Below, piece by piece: positions 13,949 through 25,722 of a stretch of DNA of 64,000 nt (position 1 is its first letter; the number at the start of each line of letters is the position of its first letter). The notes beneath the pieces were generated by a model that was not told where the DNA came from, did no database searches, and worked only from the letters and a program-made list of their open reading frames with translations. Location of the stretch: positions 23,314,001 to 23,378,000 of the forward strand of contig CM119371.1 in assembly GCA_051294905.1 (NCBI GenBank). The letters are read 5' to 3'. Source of the DNA: Botryllus schlosseri (lineage: Eukaryota). Position numbers and translations under genes: made by a program.

Positions 13949-14871
13949 CAGTGACGTTCGGTGAGGTTCATGGCTGGTGAGGCACGCCCCCTACACACAC
14001 ACACACGTAAAGTACGGTAGCCTAGCTGATAAAGAGATGTTAAATGTGAATAACAACAGCAGCGGGTATAGCGAGCATTTTCTTTGCACACTGATAGCTG
14101 AAGCTATTCCACATTATACAATACATGTAGGACTGGTCGCTATTGTGCTAAATGGGCAAGTTTAGACGGATAATAATTACTATCTCTTCAAGTACCGGTA
14201 TAAATTATTCGAAGCATAAAGCAACGACAATGCAGCCTATGCAAGTAGCTATAACATACCACAATTTAACAGAAAATAAATGTAGTTGCTCCGCATTACG
14301 TATTGGCCGCCGCTACCATATATTTCCTACAAGACAGTCGAGAATGTTGTATTCCGAAATCGATAGCACGTTTCACTGTGCTGCGATTGTCCAATAGTTA
14401 GCGAATAGTTCATGAGGGAGATTCGTTTGTGCCTCACCTGACCATTGTTTCTCTGAGATGGCATTGTCTGTAATAAAGCCGAATGTCACCTTCCTTGGCG
14501 ATTTTGAGGGGCTCGGGTGGCCTGACATTGGTAATATTTGGATTTTTGGAATCAGTGTGACGATAGCATTTGATTGATACCGGTTGTTATGAATTCCGAG
14601 CTATTTGTAATGGAATGCTTTGTCGCAGGTGAGGCACGACCCGCCCGTGCCTCACCTGTGCCTCAACTCTCCTTTCGTACTGTATTTTTGAATATTAATT
14701 ATGCAAACTGATGATGCTGTGTGAAAAAATGTTCAGATTTAGTTAATTATGAGCATCGATGTAAAATATCAATATTCATCGACTCGTGGAGGGTTTTAAC
14801 AATTTTCACGTACTCGCCCTGACGACAGGTGAGGCACTGCCTCACCTGCCTCATTGGACCGCACGTCACTG
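13949..14871. mobile_element. hAT-type MITE
   Basis: TIR CAGTGACGT / ACGTCACTG; perfect TSD GTGCAATG; GAGGCA subterminal motifs. Confidence 0.9.
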
Positions 14872-15409
14872 GTGCAATGTGCATACTGCATAGTTTAATT
14901 CGTTATGTGCATGGCACAGTGCTTAATTCAATTATTCGATTCGTTTCAACGGGAAAATATTATACTCCGATTAACTTGATCGACACCGGATGGACTGGTA
15001 ACGAGTGCACCACTATTGAACGTCAAACCATTGGCCATTTGGTACAAATCGAATTTATATTGATCACGTCGTTATATCCACCCATATTGCTCTTAATACA
15101 GTTACAGTTGAATAATAATCGCACATTTAAAGATTGAATTGAGCTGTATGGCTGTTAACGAGTACAGTGCCAGTGTTAAAACGCCGCATCAGAATTTTAA
15201 TGCTGTACACAGCAATGGCACGGAGAATAGTGCGTTCTAGTGCAACTATGATGTTATCGACAATTGACAAGTACTCATTATGTCGTCACAAGCCGGCACG
15301 GCGGCACGTATGTCTTCGTTGCTGTATCCGATGTCACTGACGGCTGACAGACTCTAGATTACTATAGATAACTAACCTAGCTACGTGTAAATTAGTAATG
15401 TATATAGAC

Positions 15410-16091
15410 CAGAGGTGGCCAACCTTTTCGGCTATAGGGCCACATGAAATTGACGTACGAGTGCGTTGCCCACTAGCCGCGCCAGGCGCGTAAAATTTTC
15501 AAAGTTTTATATTAATATTGCTTAGGTATATTGCGGGTTGACTGTATACCGCCCGCTGGGCTCAATTTGCAAGGACATGACTATTCGACATCTGGACATA
15601 TCGATATCGAAGATTTCCGCTAATATACGACAATCATTCTGTGCCTACATTTCATCGTCGACGATCTTTCTGCGAGCGCAAACGCGAATATACATGCTTT
15701 CGTAATTGCTAATATAGTTAGACTCAATCGGCTAAATCATGCGTTTTTTCATTTTCAGGCGGGAGTAGGCTACAGAGAAAGAAATCGCGTGACAATTGAA
15801 CACGCGAAGCGTATAGAAAAATTTTACTACTTTTTTGGTTTATTGTACTGTACGACGATTTACTAAAAATGTGACTGCTGGACCCTGAATCTGCCAATGC
15901 GTCGGAACTAACATTTTAGTCACCAACATTCCAAGTGTCGCGATCATACTAACTATATTTTTAGTTGGCCTTGCAAGTTCACAATCTGAGCAATTCAATT
16001 TCGGTAATATAATGGGAAATTAGCTTGCGGGCTACTGAAAACCTTCTCGCGGGCCACATATGGCCCGCAGGCCGCGGGTTGCCCACCCCTG
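15410..16091. mobile_element. hAT-type MITE
   Basis: Ends CAGAGGTGGCCAACC / GGTTGCCCACCCCTG; perfect TSD ATATAGAC. Confidence 0.9.
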
Positions 16092-16834
16092 ATATAGACA
16101 TACACCTTCGATAGATTTCAGAACCGGAGCCGGAGCTAATGTATGAGAGAAGAAAGATCCGGATCCGGAGCTGGAGCAATGCAAATTTACGACTGCTCCA
16201 AAGCCCTGTCATTTTAATGACTTTGACAACACTGGCAAGTGAATTTGATTTGGTGTAAGTATAACTGCCAAGCAGAACCAGCTGATTCAGTCGATCCCTA
16301 GAGCATTCAAAACTTCAATTATATACTACAACTTGGGTCCAATAAGATCACACAAAGTATAGTCTCTGTCACGGTGGTTTTGTCAGTATCAATGGTTGGT
16401 CACGCTCGGGTCACCTCGTCGCACGCGAGAAGAAACTGGATCACGAACCATTCTTTCCGAAAGCGGTCGTGCTGTGAACAGGGCTCCACGCCGCTCTGAA
16501 TCTGACTCTGATTAATGTAATATCTCATTTGGAGTATTTGCCAGCGTATTTTTTAACGATATGCTATAGTTTGGGTTTCTTGATCGTCATTCTACAATAC
16601 ACACAAAAGGAGAATTATTGTGTCCGGACATATATGCAGTCAGTTAATTATAATCAGTCTGTCGTTACTCGCAGTTAATTATAATCAGTCTGTCGTTACT
16701 CGCAATTATAATCAGTCTGTCGTTACTCGCAAAGATTGCTCTAGTCCAACTCGCCGCCGAGTTGTGTCAGTTTCTGTGAGGGACTGATTGCGTTGTACCC
16801 GGGACAGTGTCATAGTCAAGCTTTATATTTGTAT

Positions 16835-19800
16835 TCACTGATGATGTATCCTTTCTGAAACGGAGAATTCGTTAACCACTTGCGCAAGCGTCTTTGCTTT
16901 CCCTCGATGAAAACACGGCATGTAGGCTACAGCCGCTTCCTTCACAGTAGAGCAGTCATGCTGTAAAAGTTTTTGTGAAGCAGCTGTTGTTTGTTCATCA
17001 TGTATTTCGTACCTCAACATATCCTGAATTAATCCTAAATAATCACCTGCCAACCTACCAACAATGCGCTTTCCGAATCCCCGCCGGTAGCTGACACCTT
17101 TAATACCACCTAATAAGCAAGCTGCTCCTGTCTTGATGATTGTAGCATAGCCGATTAGCCAATCAAGAGCCGTGGTTATTTGATTACTAGTCTACTCGCT
17201 GTTCTATGGTCGGTGGCACGCCCATTCTTGGGGAGCTACTTTCAGACGGATTGCCCGAAATCTTAACGTCTTTTCTGCGAGCTTCTTTCAGGCTTATTGT
17301 TGTTTTTTATCAATAATATATAGAATGAGATACAAAGCACGAGTATTCGTAAAATTTTCCGTATTTTGCACAACCCTATAATCAGGGTTGCCACACCGTC
17401 CTTATTTCTAAGATTTGTCCTTATTTTGAAGGGCCACGTCTTAGAAAACTCAACTGTCCTTATTTCTAAGAAATGTCCTTAATTTCGACTTGCGTCCTTA
17501 TTTTATCTTATTTTCAACCTCTACAGAACTTTGATCGTATTCCTCTGGTATCTGTGTTGCATAATATTATAAAATTATGCTTTTTCGTCGATATTATATG
17601 ACATCATAAATGAAAGGAAGTCTCGTGACGTACACACCACGAGATTTGGCTTCTAAGTGGGGAGATAGCTAGGGCAGTGAGTGGTGGTATAGCAGTTTCG
17701 CCTGTACCAAGCTACCGCAGCGCATGTCATTAGAGCAGTAAACAGCAGTACCAGGTTCCTGCTGTTTGGTCTACGGCCGAATAAGCTCAAGCTGTTGGTA
17801 CGGCAGCATTTATTGCGTAGTGAAAAAAGGCGCAGTGCAGTCGACACATTGGTTAAAAAGTAGTTAAGCTATAAATAATTTATAATTTTTTCTAAATTAT
17901 CTTGCACTTGCGCATTTAGTTTACCTTCAAATAAGATCAAATCCGATTAGTTCAAATGAACTGGTGTAAAAACGTTTTTACTGACGATTATGAGAGAGAA
18001 TTCAAAGGTATCTATAACGAGGCTTGAAGGGCGAGTGTTTCGCACATAGCAATATCTGCAATTGTGAAATTAACCTGGAGGCCATAGGAAAGACCGCAAT
18101 TTCAACTCACATTGCCAAAACAAAAGTGTGTCATGATGAGCCAGTCGATGAATAATTTTTCCACAAGTCGATCAGCACCAACGACCACAGACTACTAGGC
18201 AGCTGCTGCAGCGGGTACCTGGGCATTCCATACCGTCAAACAGCAGCAATCATTCCTCATCAACGATTGCACATCGCCATTGTTCATAGCAATATTACCC
18301 GATTCCAACATTGCAAATAAGTTTTTCCTTCAGCCAGGACCAAGACTACAGGACCAAGACTTGAGTTTTTTCTCCATACGCTCAAAACTGATTTTGTCTA
18401 AACTTGGTGTACGGCCTTTCCCATCCAGGATGACGAGGCGAAGAAGTTTTTTTTATCACCCTGGGGGGATGAAGTGCTGTTCCGGCCCTGAGTAAAGGTA
18501 AACCTAGACCTGAGCTGTAGTGAGATCCATGAAGCACTTTCTAAAAACATGGAGTTTCTGGTGAAAATTATGGAATGTGATGTGCCACGGTTCGTATAAA
18601 TACAAAGTAACCTATGTACAAAAATGCTTTTTCATGCTGATCTCATTTTTCGACTGTCCTTATTTTTCGGTCCATGTCGATGGCAACCCAGCCTATAATA
18701 CCCACTACCCAGTCACCATTGCAGACAACAGCTTGAACATTATATAAAGGTGTCATGGTTCATAGAATATCCCGCCGGTGTATCGGGTCCGCAATTGCAA
18801 AAACTTGAAAGTAGAGAATGAAAAATGGGTTGGAAGTTCGACACTCATGCTTTACTTTCGGTACTGGATGTGGATCAGCCGGGATTGGATATTAACTAAT
18901 TTGAATTGTAAATTGGGTATATAGTCGTAATGTTATGAATCTCGAACTAACATAATTCAGTGGACGGTATATTATAAAAAATGCGTATTTGGCTTCAAAA
19001 CATGGTAGAGTTGATTTCATGACGGAAATTAAGCAGAAAGATTCTACGATTTTAACACGTCTTTGATGCGTTTTATTGGTGCAGTATCTAGTTCAAAAGA
19101 TAAAAAAAACCACCTGAAAACGTGTCATTGGTGCATTGTGAGAACGCGTTGTTGGTGGATTTCATCACAATATTAGATATCTTCAACCACGTGTCGAGGC
19201 TGCTAAACCGAGACAACCCTTCCTGCAACCATCGAAACCGGAAATACAACTCATAGGGAACACGTGGCAGTGCTGATGCGGGCAGGACATCAACTTCCTC
19301 CGATGCACATTCTTCTTGGTCCATGTTCGGCGCTGCTTTGCGTATCTTCGAGTCTGCTTCAGAGTTTTCTTCACTATGATAAGCGATCTTCATATCTTTC
19401 GACTCGGACTTGATGTTTTTTTCCCGAATTAAGATCTTTGTAAAACAGACTTGTGCGATTTCATTTCTAAGGAGCGGAACTCCTCTGTTGAGGGTGTGTG
19501 CTGCGTTTCAAGCAATCGTGTGCCCGAATCGAGTTTCGCCTTCGTTTCATTCCTGCTTCTCGTACTTGTGGAGGTAATAATATCCTTTGCGTTCCACGGA
19601 CAAATTTTTCGAAACCATGTCCGCTAGACTTGGCCAATCTTTTCTTGTCGACTGGTTCTGTGTCCATGGCGTTTACAGGCATCAACGCAGTATTACTAGA
19701 CGGCGAAAGTTTATTCTCCTGGTTCGTTTTCGGGACTGGAAAAGTTTGGCTTCTTCAGTCCTAATTCATTGTTTTTTGTTCTACGATCTTTGCGCTTCGA

Positions 19801-20972
19801 TTCGCTGTTGAGACGTTTAGTAGAGCTTTGTAGTACCGACTTGTTCAACTCTATGTCCAGGCTGCGGGAATTCCTCAGGTGCAGGTTTATTTAGCTTTAC
19901 TAAAATCCGTGGGCCGGAATTGGGTTCCGCCTGATTTTCATACTTGCCTCTGGTACTTTCCTAGGTCGGAATATTTTGTGTTTCTCGGATACATTTTTCG
20001 AAACAGTGCCCGCTAGACTTAGCCAGACTTTTCTTGTCGACTGGCATCGTGTCTTTGACGGCAACAGGCTTGAACGCAGCATAGCGAGATAGCGACGATA
20101 TTTGCTTTTTCTTGGCTAATGAGCAACACATCTCAATACTGAATTATGTGATGGTCCAGATGTCAATATTTCCCAACTGGATTCGGCGCACTTTGTAAGG
20201 TTCAGTGCTTTCTTTGACGTCGTTTCTGGCTTGTGCCTTCCTGTTACTGTTAGTATCCCTTCTGATATGCTTTTAACGTCCACCCTTTCGCGTTCTGATA
20301 TTTTCTTACCAGAGACGCTGGACTTTTCCGTTTTTTTCTTAGCCGGTGCCTCGGCGTTTTCAGTAACCCATTTTACCATATTTACTCGAAGAAGTGACAA
20401 TTTCATTTTCCTTGTCACGTTCAGTTTCGGGTTATCTTCTGTCCACTTGCGAAGTACTGGCTTAATCACTTCGTGAATCGGTGCCTCAGGCTTGTGGGCG
20501 ATGAGCAGCGACTAGGACACCTTCCATTCTGACTCTTGTGTATACGTTTTGCTCCGTTCAGCTCGACAACTTTTTGGTAAATGCGAGCACATCGACACCA
20601 TTCCAAGACATTGACACTGGAATCATCATCGGACTTTCTCTACTTTCTGTTGAATTTGAAATTCTCTCTCATTTGGCGCTCAATGAGATATTGCTAATTG
20701 CATATTCAATTTTCAATATGATCTTAGCTGATAAGATCGGAATGGAATCAATTGTTGTTTGTTCCAGTCCGTGGTATGAAGGATCTATGAGATTTTTATT
20801 GCGATTATTAGCTGACAAGGTCGGAGAATATTCAATTGTTGTCTGTCTAGTCCAGTTATAACGAGAGGATTATAATTAGTCCGGTTTACGGTTATTGTCA
20901 TAATTTAACGTTCGCGGTTTATGAAGAAGATATGATGGGAACATTCAATCCCATCTTTATCAGATAGATCAT
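16835..20972 (-). pseudogene. XK-related pseudogene with long N-terminal extension (copy B), interrupted by a hAT element
   Basis: Colinear with 8331-10869. ORF pieces 20116-20469, 19467-19685 and 19088-19393 share motifs (PVD[KE]KRLAKSSGHG, EECAS.E..VLPASALP) with copy A; STLPC and LRTRYTGG occur in the XK-like part. Confidence 0.55.
17383..18691 (+). mobile_element. Deleted hAT transposon with N-terminal transposase remnant
   Basis: TIR CAGGGTTGCCA / TGGCAACCCAG; perfect TSD CCTATAAT; ~18050-18325 translates ICNCEINL..IGKTAISTH and AAAAGTWAFHTVKQQQSFLINDCTS..PDSNIANKF. Confidence 0.88.
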
Positions 20973-21069
20973 GGCCGAGTAATAAAGTAACACTTTCAAT
21001 GGTGAGCCGAGGACTAATTAAACCGGGAGTCATCAACGCGGCACTCGTGGACGAAAATCAAATGATTCG

Positions 21070-21365
21070 CCCTCGGTCGCAGTAGCAAATATTTGATTGA
21101 AAGAAAGTCAAAGCGGAGAAGATTGTCATATTAACAGCAGTTGAACATGGGTCAGTAGACCCTAAGGCACATACGAAGCCAGTTTTAGATCGGGGATTTG
21201 CTCGTCTTCGACTAGGCCGAGCCGTAACGGAAATCTATCCCGAGTCTAGACCTGGATATTAGCGCTTCGGCGCGCAGTTCGGCATCGCAACTTAGCCGGG
21301 AGACGCTGGAGTGAGTCCCGGTGAGTGAAGGTTATCTGTTGTTGTTGGTAAGAGGAAACCCTGTC
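21070..21365 (+). pseudogene. Degraded 28S rRNA fragment
   Basis: AGTAGCAAATATT...GGAGAAG...AACAGCAGTTGAACATGGGTCAGT..CCTAAG matches a conserved eukaryotic LSU rRNA segment; weaker colinear similarity continues to ~21365. Confidence 0.8.
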
Positions 21366-21553
21366 CAGTGCTCTGAATGTCAAAGTCAGTGGTTCCCAAC
21401 CTTTGTCGATTCATCACGCCTTTATCAATCTCGACAAACATTTTGACACCCCTTATTTACGGATCCGAAAGAGTATATATAAACAGATTGACTATAGAAA
21501 TAAAGGTCATTTCCGAGACGGTACTCGGAACACCGGCTTTGGGGACTACTTTC

Positions 21554-22498
21554 GAGGGATGGTGAAAACCGCTAGAAGGTTCCGGCTCGTATAAACGCGA
21601 ACGTGAACACGAACCCATGACATCACGTCAAGTCATATTGCTAATTACAACCATACATGTCCGTATTAATATTGTGATTATTATTGCTGTGCTCGATACC
21701 TAGCGACGACCCTGTCCGCATTACGCAACAATCATGAAGTACATGCTGACGTTTCCAACGTAATCAAATGTGTGACTCGAATAATATAATGCTATAATAA
21801 TTCTATAAACCCAATTTCTTCCGTCGCCTTGCCAACAATTCAGACGAGTACTTGCAAGGGGGTGTACATTTACGCCTTAACGATCCAGGCTAAACCGGAA
21901 AATGTTTAAGGCGTAGTCAGACTATTGCTACATTATCATTGATCGGAGTGAAAAACCGGTTCCCCTACTTGCGACGGATATTACCTCAAAACAAGTTATA
22001 CAGTAGCCAACTACCCAATTGGACGGATTGGGATTTTATGATACAAGAAACATATCGAATCAAAATAGATCTCGTATGCCTGATGGAATTATTATATTAA
22101 TGAATTCTTTTATCAATTTCGTTGATGTAAATAATTGATTTGTTGAATCGATGACTAACTACATGCAGTGTATTTCATTCTTGCTATTATATGATTGCGG
22201 GCAAAGCTTACACCAGAGAGTCACTATAACTATTAATAACGGGAAACCGAATATTTCGAGCAAACAATTTTTGAAATTTGCATTGTGCATGATCGTTTCG
22301 TGCTGAATTTCTTATCCTACTGCCAACTCTATATAAGCGCCAAGTGGTCCCAAGTTGAAATGCAAATAATTTAAACCAAATATGCTATATTGACATGAAC
22401 AATTGCAATACACGGGACCTTTTCACAGTGCGAACCTCTAAATTTGTAAAGATCACAAACCGAACGCGAACGTGAATCTCACGTTCACACCATCCCTA
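21554..22498. mobile_element. MITE of the same family as 2341-3406, nested in another CAGTGGTTCCCAAC-type element starting at 21387
   Basis: GAGGGATGGTG ... GTTCACACCATCCCTA and colinear internal similarity to 2341-3406. Confidence 0.8.
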
Positions 22499-23049
22499 TT
22501 ACATTCGCGTCACATGCAGAATAAAGCCGTCTTCCCGAGCATTTTTCGGACATGTAAAATAAATATATCACACTGGACGTTCTAACATTTTCGCCCGCCC
22601 TCCCCTATCGCATCCTTTGATATTCTCGCCTCCTCGATTCATAAAGGGCCACTGCGCTCTAAAAATGATGCGGTCTCAAATTGAAGGGATAAACGAAGAA
22701 AAAATTGCCCGCAAACATTTCCTTCAGAACGCCACCGTAATGAAGCTGCAAATTTATTGAAATTTCCACAGGACCTTCACGATCCAGCTGTCGCAGATGC
22801 TCGCCCTTTCTTAACCCGTTACATGGCGCGATGTCTTCAACGTCGCACTTGCTCGATGCGATTACGCAGTCACGCAGAGAACGAACTTTAGATAGTTGTC
22901 AGCCGTTGGTATGAAGAAAATATGTCAACTTGACGCGGTGTTGACTTCAAAATGAGTCGAGTCAAAACTCTAAAAGTGAGATTGACTTGTAGCTCGGAGC
23001 CTTGTGACTTGGTTGCAACACTGCTCTGTAGTATCCCATTCACCAAAGA

Positions 23050-23300
23050 ATGGTTTGTAGCTGGCCTAGAATGGTTATATTATTCCGCACCATCGTGGGA
23101 TTGAATCCCCAATCACTCAGTGGATGTGGGGATTAGTTCATTGGGTCTTGCGCCCTGAGTGGAACAGGGGACGGTCATCGTGTACAGCAGAGTTATACGA
23201 TCTACCAGAGCCGGAACTTCTGCCCCTAAAACACCCTAGTGGGAGAGCCCGAATGGACCTGAATCTCATTTGTGGGTCATTTCTACGGGGAGATTTATTC
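23050..23300 (+). mobile_element. Possible tRNA-derived SINE
   Basis: A-box-like TGGCCTAGAATGG (~23061) and B-box-like GGATTGAATCC (~23097); single copy in window, so unconfirmed. Confidence 0.3.
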
Positions 23301-23319
23301 AATTGAAATTTTTCGTCGC

Positions 23320-23670
23320 GCTTCGCATCCCTAGTGGTCTGGATTTAAATATGGTCAATAGTAACAGAAAAATGCGCATGTTTTAAAAAGATGGGCATAT
23401 CGGCTGATTCGATTACCACGCATTGAACAGGACTACGACTTTAATAAGAGCTGGGCAACAGAATATTTTCAAACCGGAAAATCGGCCACGGCCAAAGAAA
23501 GGCTGAGAACAATTGGCATAGATGTAGTGGTAGATGCGATGCATGATATTTCATGGTTTCGGTAGGATTTATTATAGTCTTTAAAACTAGAAGAATCAAG
23601 ATTGTTGACTTTTTCATCTTTGAGGAGTCCCGAAATCTGGTGATACCAACAACAGCATTCAGCAACATTA
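23320..23670 (-). pseudogene. XK-related pseudogene fragment (subfamily of the 1880 and 62630 copies)
   Basis: LWPWPIFRFENILLP matches LLPWPIFRFKSVLRP at ~63390-63440; downstream nucleotide match tagtcctgttcaatgc. Confidence 0.6.
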
Positions 23671-23883
23671 CTATAGTTTGAGAACCCTGCTGTAGAAGTA
23701 ATAAGGGTACTGTGTAGTTACATTTGAAATTGATTTTACGACACTACGCTGTCAATTTGGCGAATATATTAGCCAAAAAGCTCATTTATAAATGTTAGTT
23801 GTATCTCACACGCCATTGGACTTGCCTTCCACTATACGTTATGAATAAACTTTGCTCGCTTTTTGATATTCGAGTGTTTGAAC

Positions 23884-24348
23884 CAGCGGTGTCAAACATC
23901 CGGCCCGCGAGCCGCATCCGACCCGCCTAATGGTTTTATCCGGCCCGCGAAGCAGTTTTCAGTAGATTGAAAAATACGTGTGTCATTGAGCATATTTCTA
24001 GCAGAAAATGTTATGGTTTTTAGCAAGAAATACTTCCAGCGAGTATGTTCATAGGCCATAACCATATCCGATATGTGATTTCACTTTAGTCATCATTTGG
24101 AACAAGTCGTTCACGCTGACACACCATTTCGATAACGCCAAAAAGTGGATACAAAGTACGCCGGACGCCAGTACACGAATAAAACAAAGGGGGCATAGAA
24201 ATATGACAACTGATCTCATCGTGAGGGCCTCCGTTTTAGCCGTTTACAATTGTATTGCACAACCCAGTCATCGTATTGGCTTGATAATGAAGTATTCAAA
24301 TGAAGGTGTGAATCCGGCCCTTGATGCAAGTTGAGTTTGACACCTCTG
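23884..24348. mobile_element. hAT-type MITE
   Basis: Ends CAGCGGTGTCAAAC / GTTTGACACCTCTG; CGGCCCGC subterminal motifs. Confidence 0.8.
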
Positions 24349-24591
24349 CTTTAAACAGACTATAAATGTCTACTGTAGTGGTTCTCAACTTTTTTGTCTT
24401 CGCGGACCCTTTTTGTACCGTCACATACCTCCGCGGACCCTCTGAAATTTTAGTTCAAATTTAGCTCAATTATAGTGCAATCATCATCTGTCTTAAAGCA
24501 AACGATTACTGTAGGCCAGTGGTAAACAGCAACAGAATGACTTTTCTTTAACATAACATCATACTATTTATGAAGAAATGGTGTTGCCTTG

Positions 24592-24937
24592 TATTATTTC
24601 AAAGCGAATTCTGCAAATGCATTTAGTGGTCGTATCTTGAAATTCCGCGCCTTCGATTTCATATGAACGAGTGCTAAAATCCATTTAAACAAAGAACAAG
24701 GTGGCTATATTATTTCAAAGCGAATTCTGCAAATGCACTTCGTGGTCGTATCTTGAAATTCTGCGCCTTCGATTTCATATGAACGAGTGCTAAAATCCAT
24801 TTAAACAAAGAACAAGGTGGCTATATTATTTCAAAGCGAATTCTGCAAATGCACTTCGTGGTCGTATCTTGAAATTCTGCGCCTTCGATTTCATATGAAC
24901 GAGTGCTAAAATCCATTTAAACAAAGAACAAGGTGGC
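24592..24937. repeat. Near-perfect tandem repeat, ~116 bp x 3
   Basis: Units start TATTATTTCAAAGCGAATTCTGC at ~24592, 24708 and 24824; the minus strand reads LVHMKSKA(R/Q)N, resembling a hAT transposase C-terminus. Confidence 0.95.
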
Positions 24938-25329
24938 GAATGCAACAATAACGCATAACGGTTCCGACGACTGCCATGTTTCTATGTATCGGAGGTTTAT
25001 CTGGGCTTTGAATAATCGACAGCAACAGATACTGAAATGGACGCACGGAAGAGAGAGTGAAGGATGGTGAATGCATGCGGGACTGGAAGTCGTCCGCGAA
25101 GCGTACAAAAGTAGAAAAGGCCAACAAACTTTACAACATTCATGTTCGGGGCACACATGACCAAATATGCGATAAGTGCCATATACTATTCTATAAAAAC
25201 AGACACATTTGGGTATGATCGCAACAAACATGGGACCAAAATTGACAAACAAATTTTTATTGAAAATATAACGTCAAGCCTGTTCATTTCTATCTAGCAG
25301 CTCACCTTGAAGTTATTATGTAAAATTAG

Positions 25330-25722
25330 TTCAAGAGCTTCTTGAACGTACAGAACTTCAATATACAATTGAATAGTATATTCATATTGAAATGAACCGG
25401 AATATTTTCGGCTGACACTCGTCAGGGGTAATCGTCAGCAACTAGTACAGAATTGAAAATAACATTGTATATGAACAATCGTATCACAAAATATGACGTC
25501 ACCAGCATGAAATTTCGAATTCGAGAGAGCGTTCAATGTACTATTTTTAGGTGAGACACGAACTCTGTTGTTGACAGAGTTTTGGTTGGTGTATTTTGAT
25601 AAAAGTCGACTCCAAGGTACAGAAATGAAAGTGTGAACCCAGCGACGCGAAAGCTGTCGTTCCGATAATTATTCGCACAAATAGGATTATCTAACAGATG
25701 TTTGCCGATTGCAGAATTAATG
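25330..25722 (-). mobile_element. Penelope-like element 3' fragment
   Basis: INSAIGKHLLDNPICANNY...HLKIVH plus a 3' UTR nearly identical to 44692-45100. Confidence 0.9.
25396..25429 (-). ncRNA. Minimal type I hammerhead ribozyme motif (stem I mismatch)
   Basis: Minus strand ACCC-CUGACGA-GUGUCAGCC-GAAA-AUAU-UC-CGGU. Confidence 0.6.

Larger units (their letters stand above)
13135..16208. mobile_element. Non-autonomous DNA transposon (hAT-like) with GGAGCC subterminal repeats, hosting two further MITEs
   Basis: TIR CAGGGCTTTGGAGC / GCTCCAAAGCCCTG; partial TSD TCATT. Confidence 0.8.
13061..16830 (+). pseudogene. XK-related pseudogene (right arm), split by a nested TE block at 13135-16208
   Basis: 16260-16330 gives ITAKQNQLIQSIPRA/LQLYTT (XK ESAPQLxLQLY-type motif), followed by LSVSMVG (cf. 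FSISIMVG) and a hydrophobic segment YFLTICYSLGFLIVILQY. Confidence 0.65.

Noticed and set aside
12798..16353. Large MITE with long TIRs
   Set aside because: The arms translate to the XK signature and homology continues outward; no TSD was found.
21070..21365. Functional rDNA unit
   Set aside because: Short, heavily mutated and isolated.
24592..24937. CRISPR-like array
   Set aside because: Whole 116-bp units are near-identical with no unique spacers; it lies within a hAT element in eukaryotic DNA.
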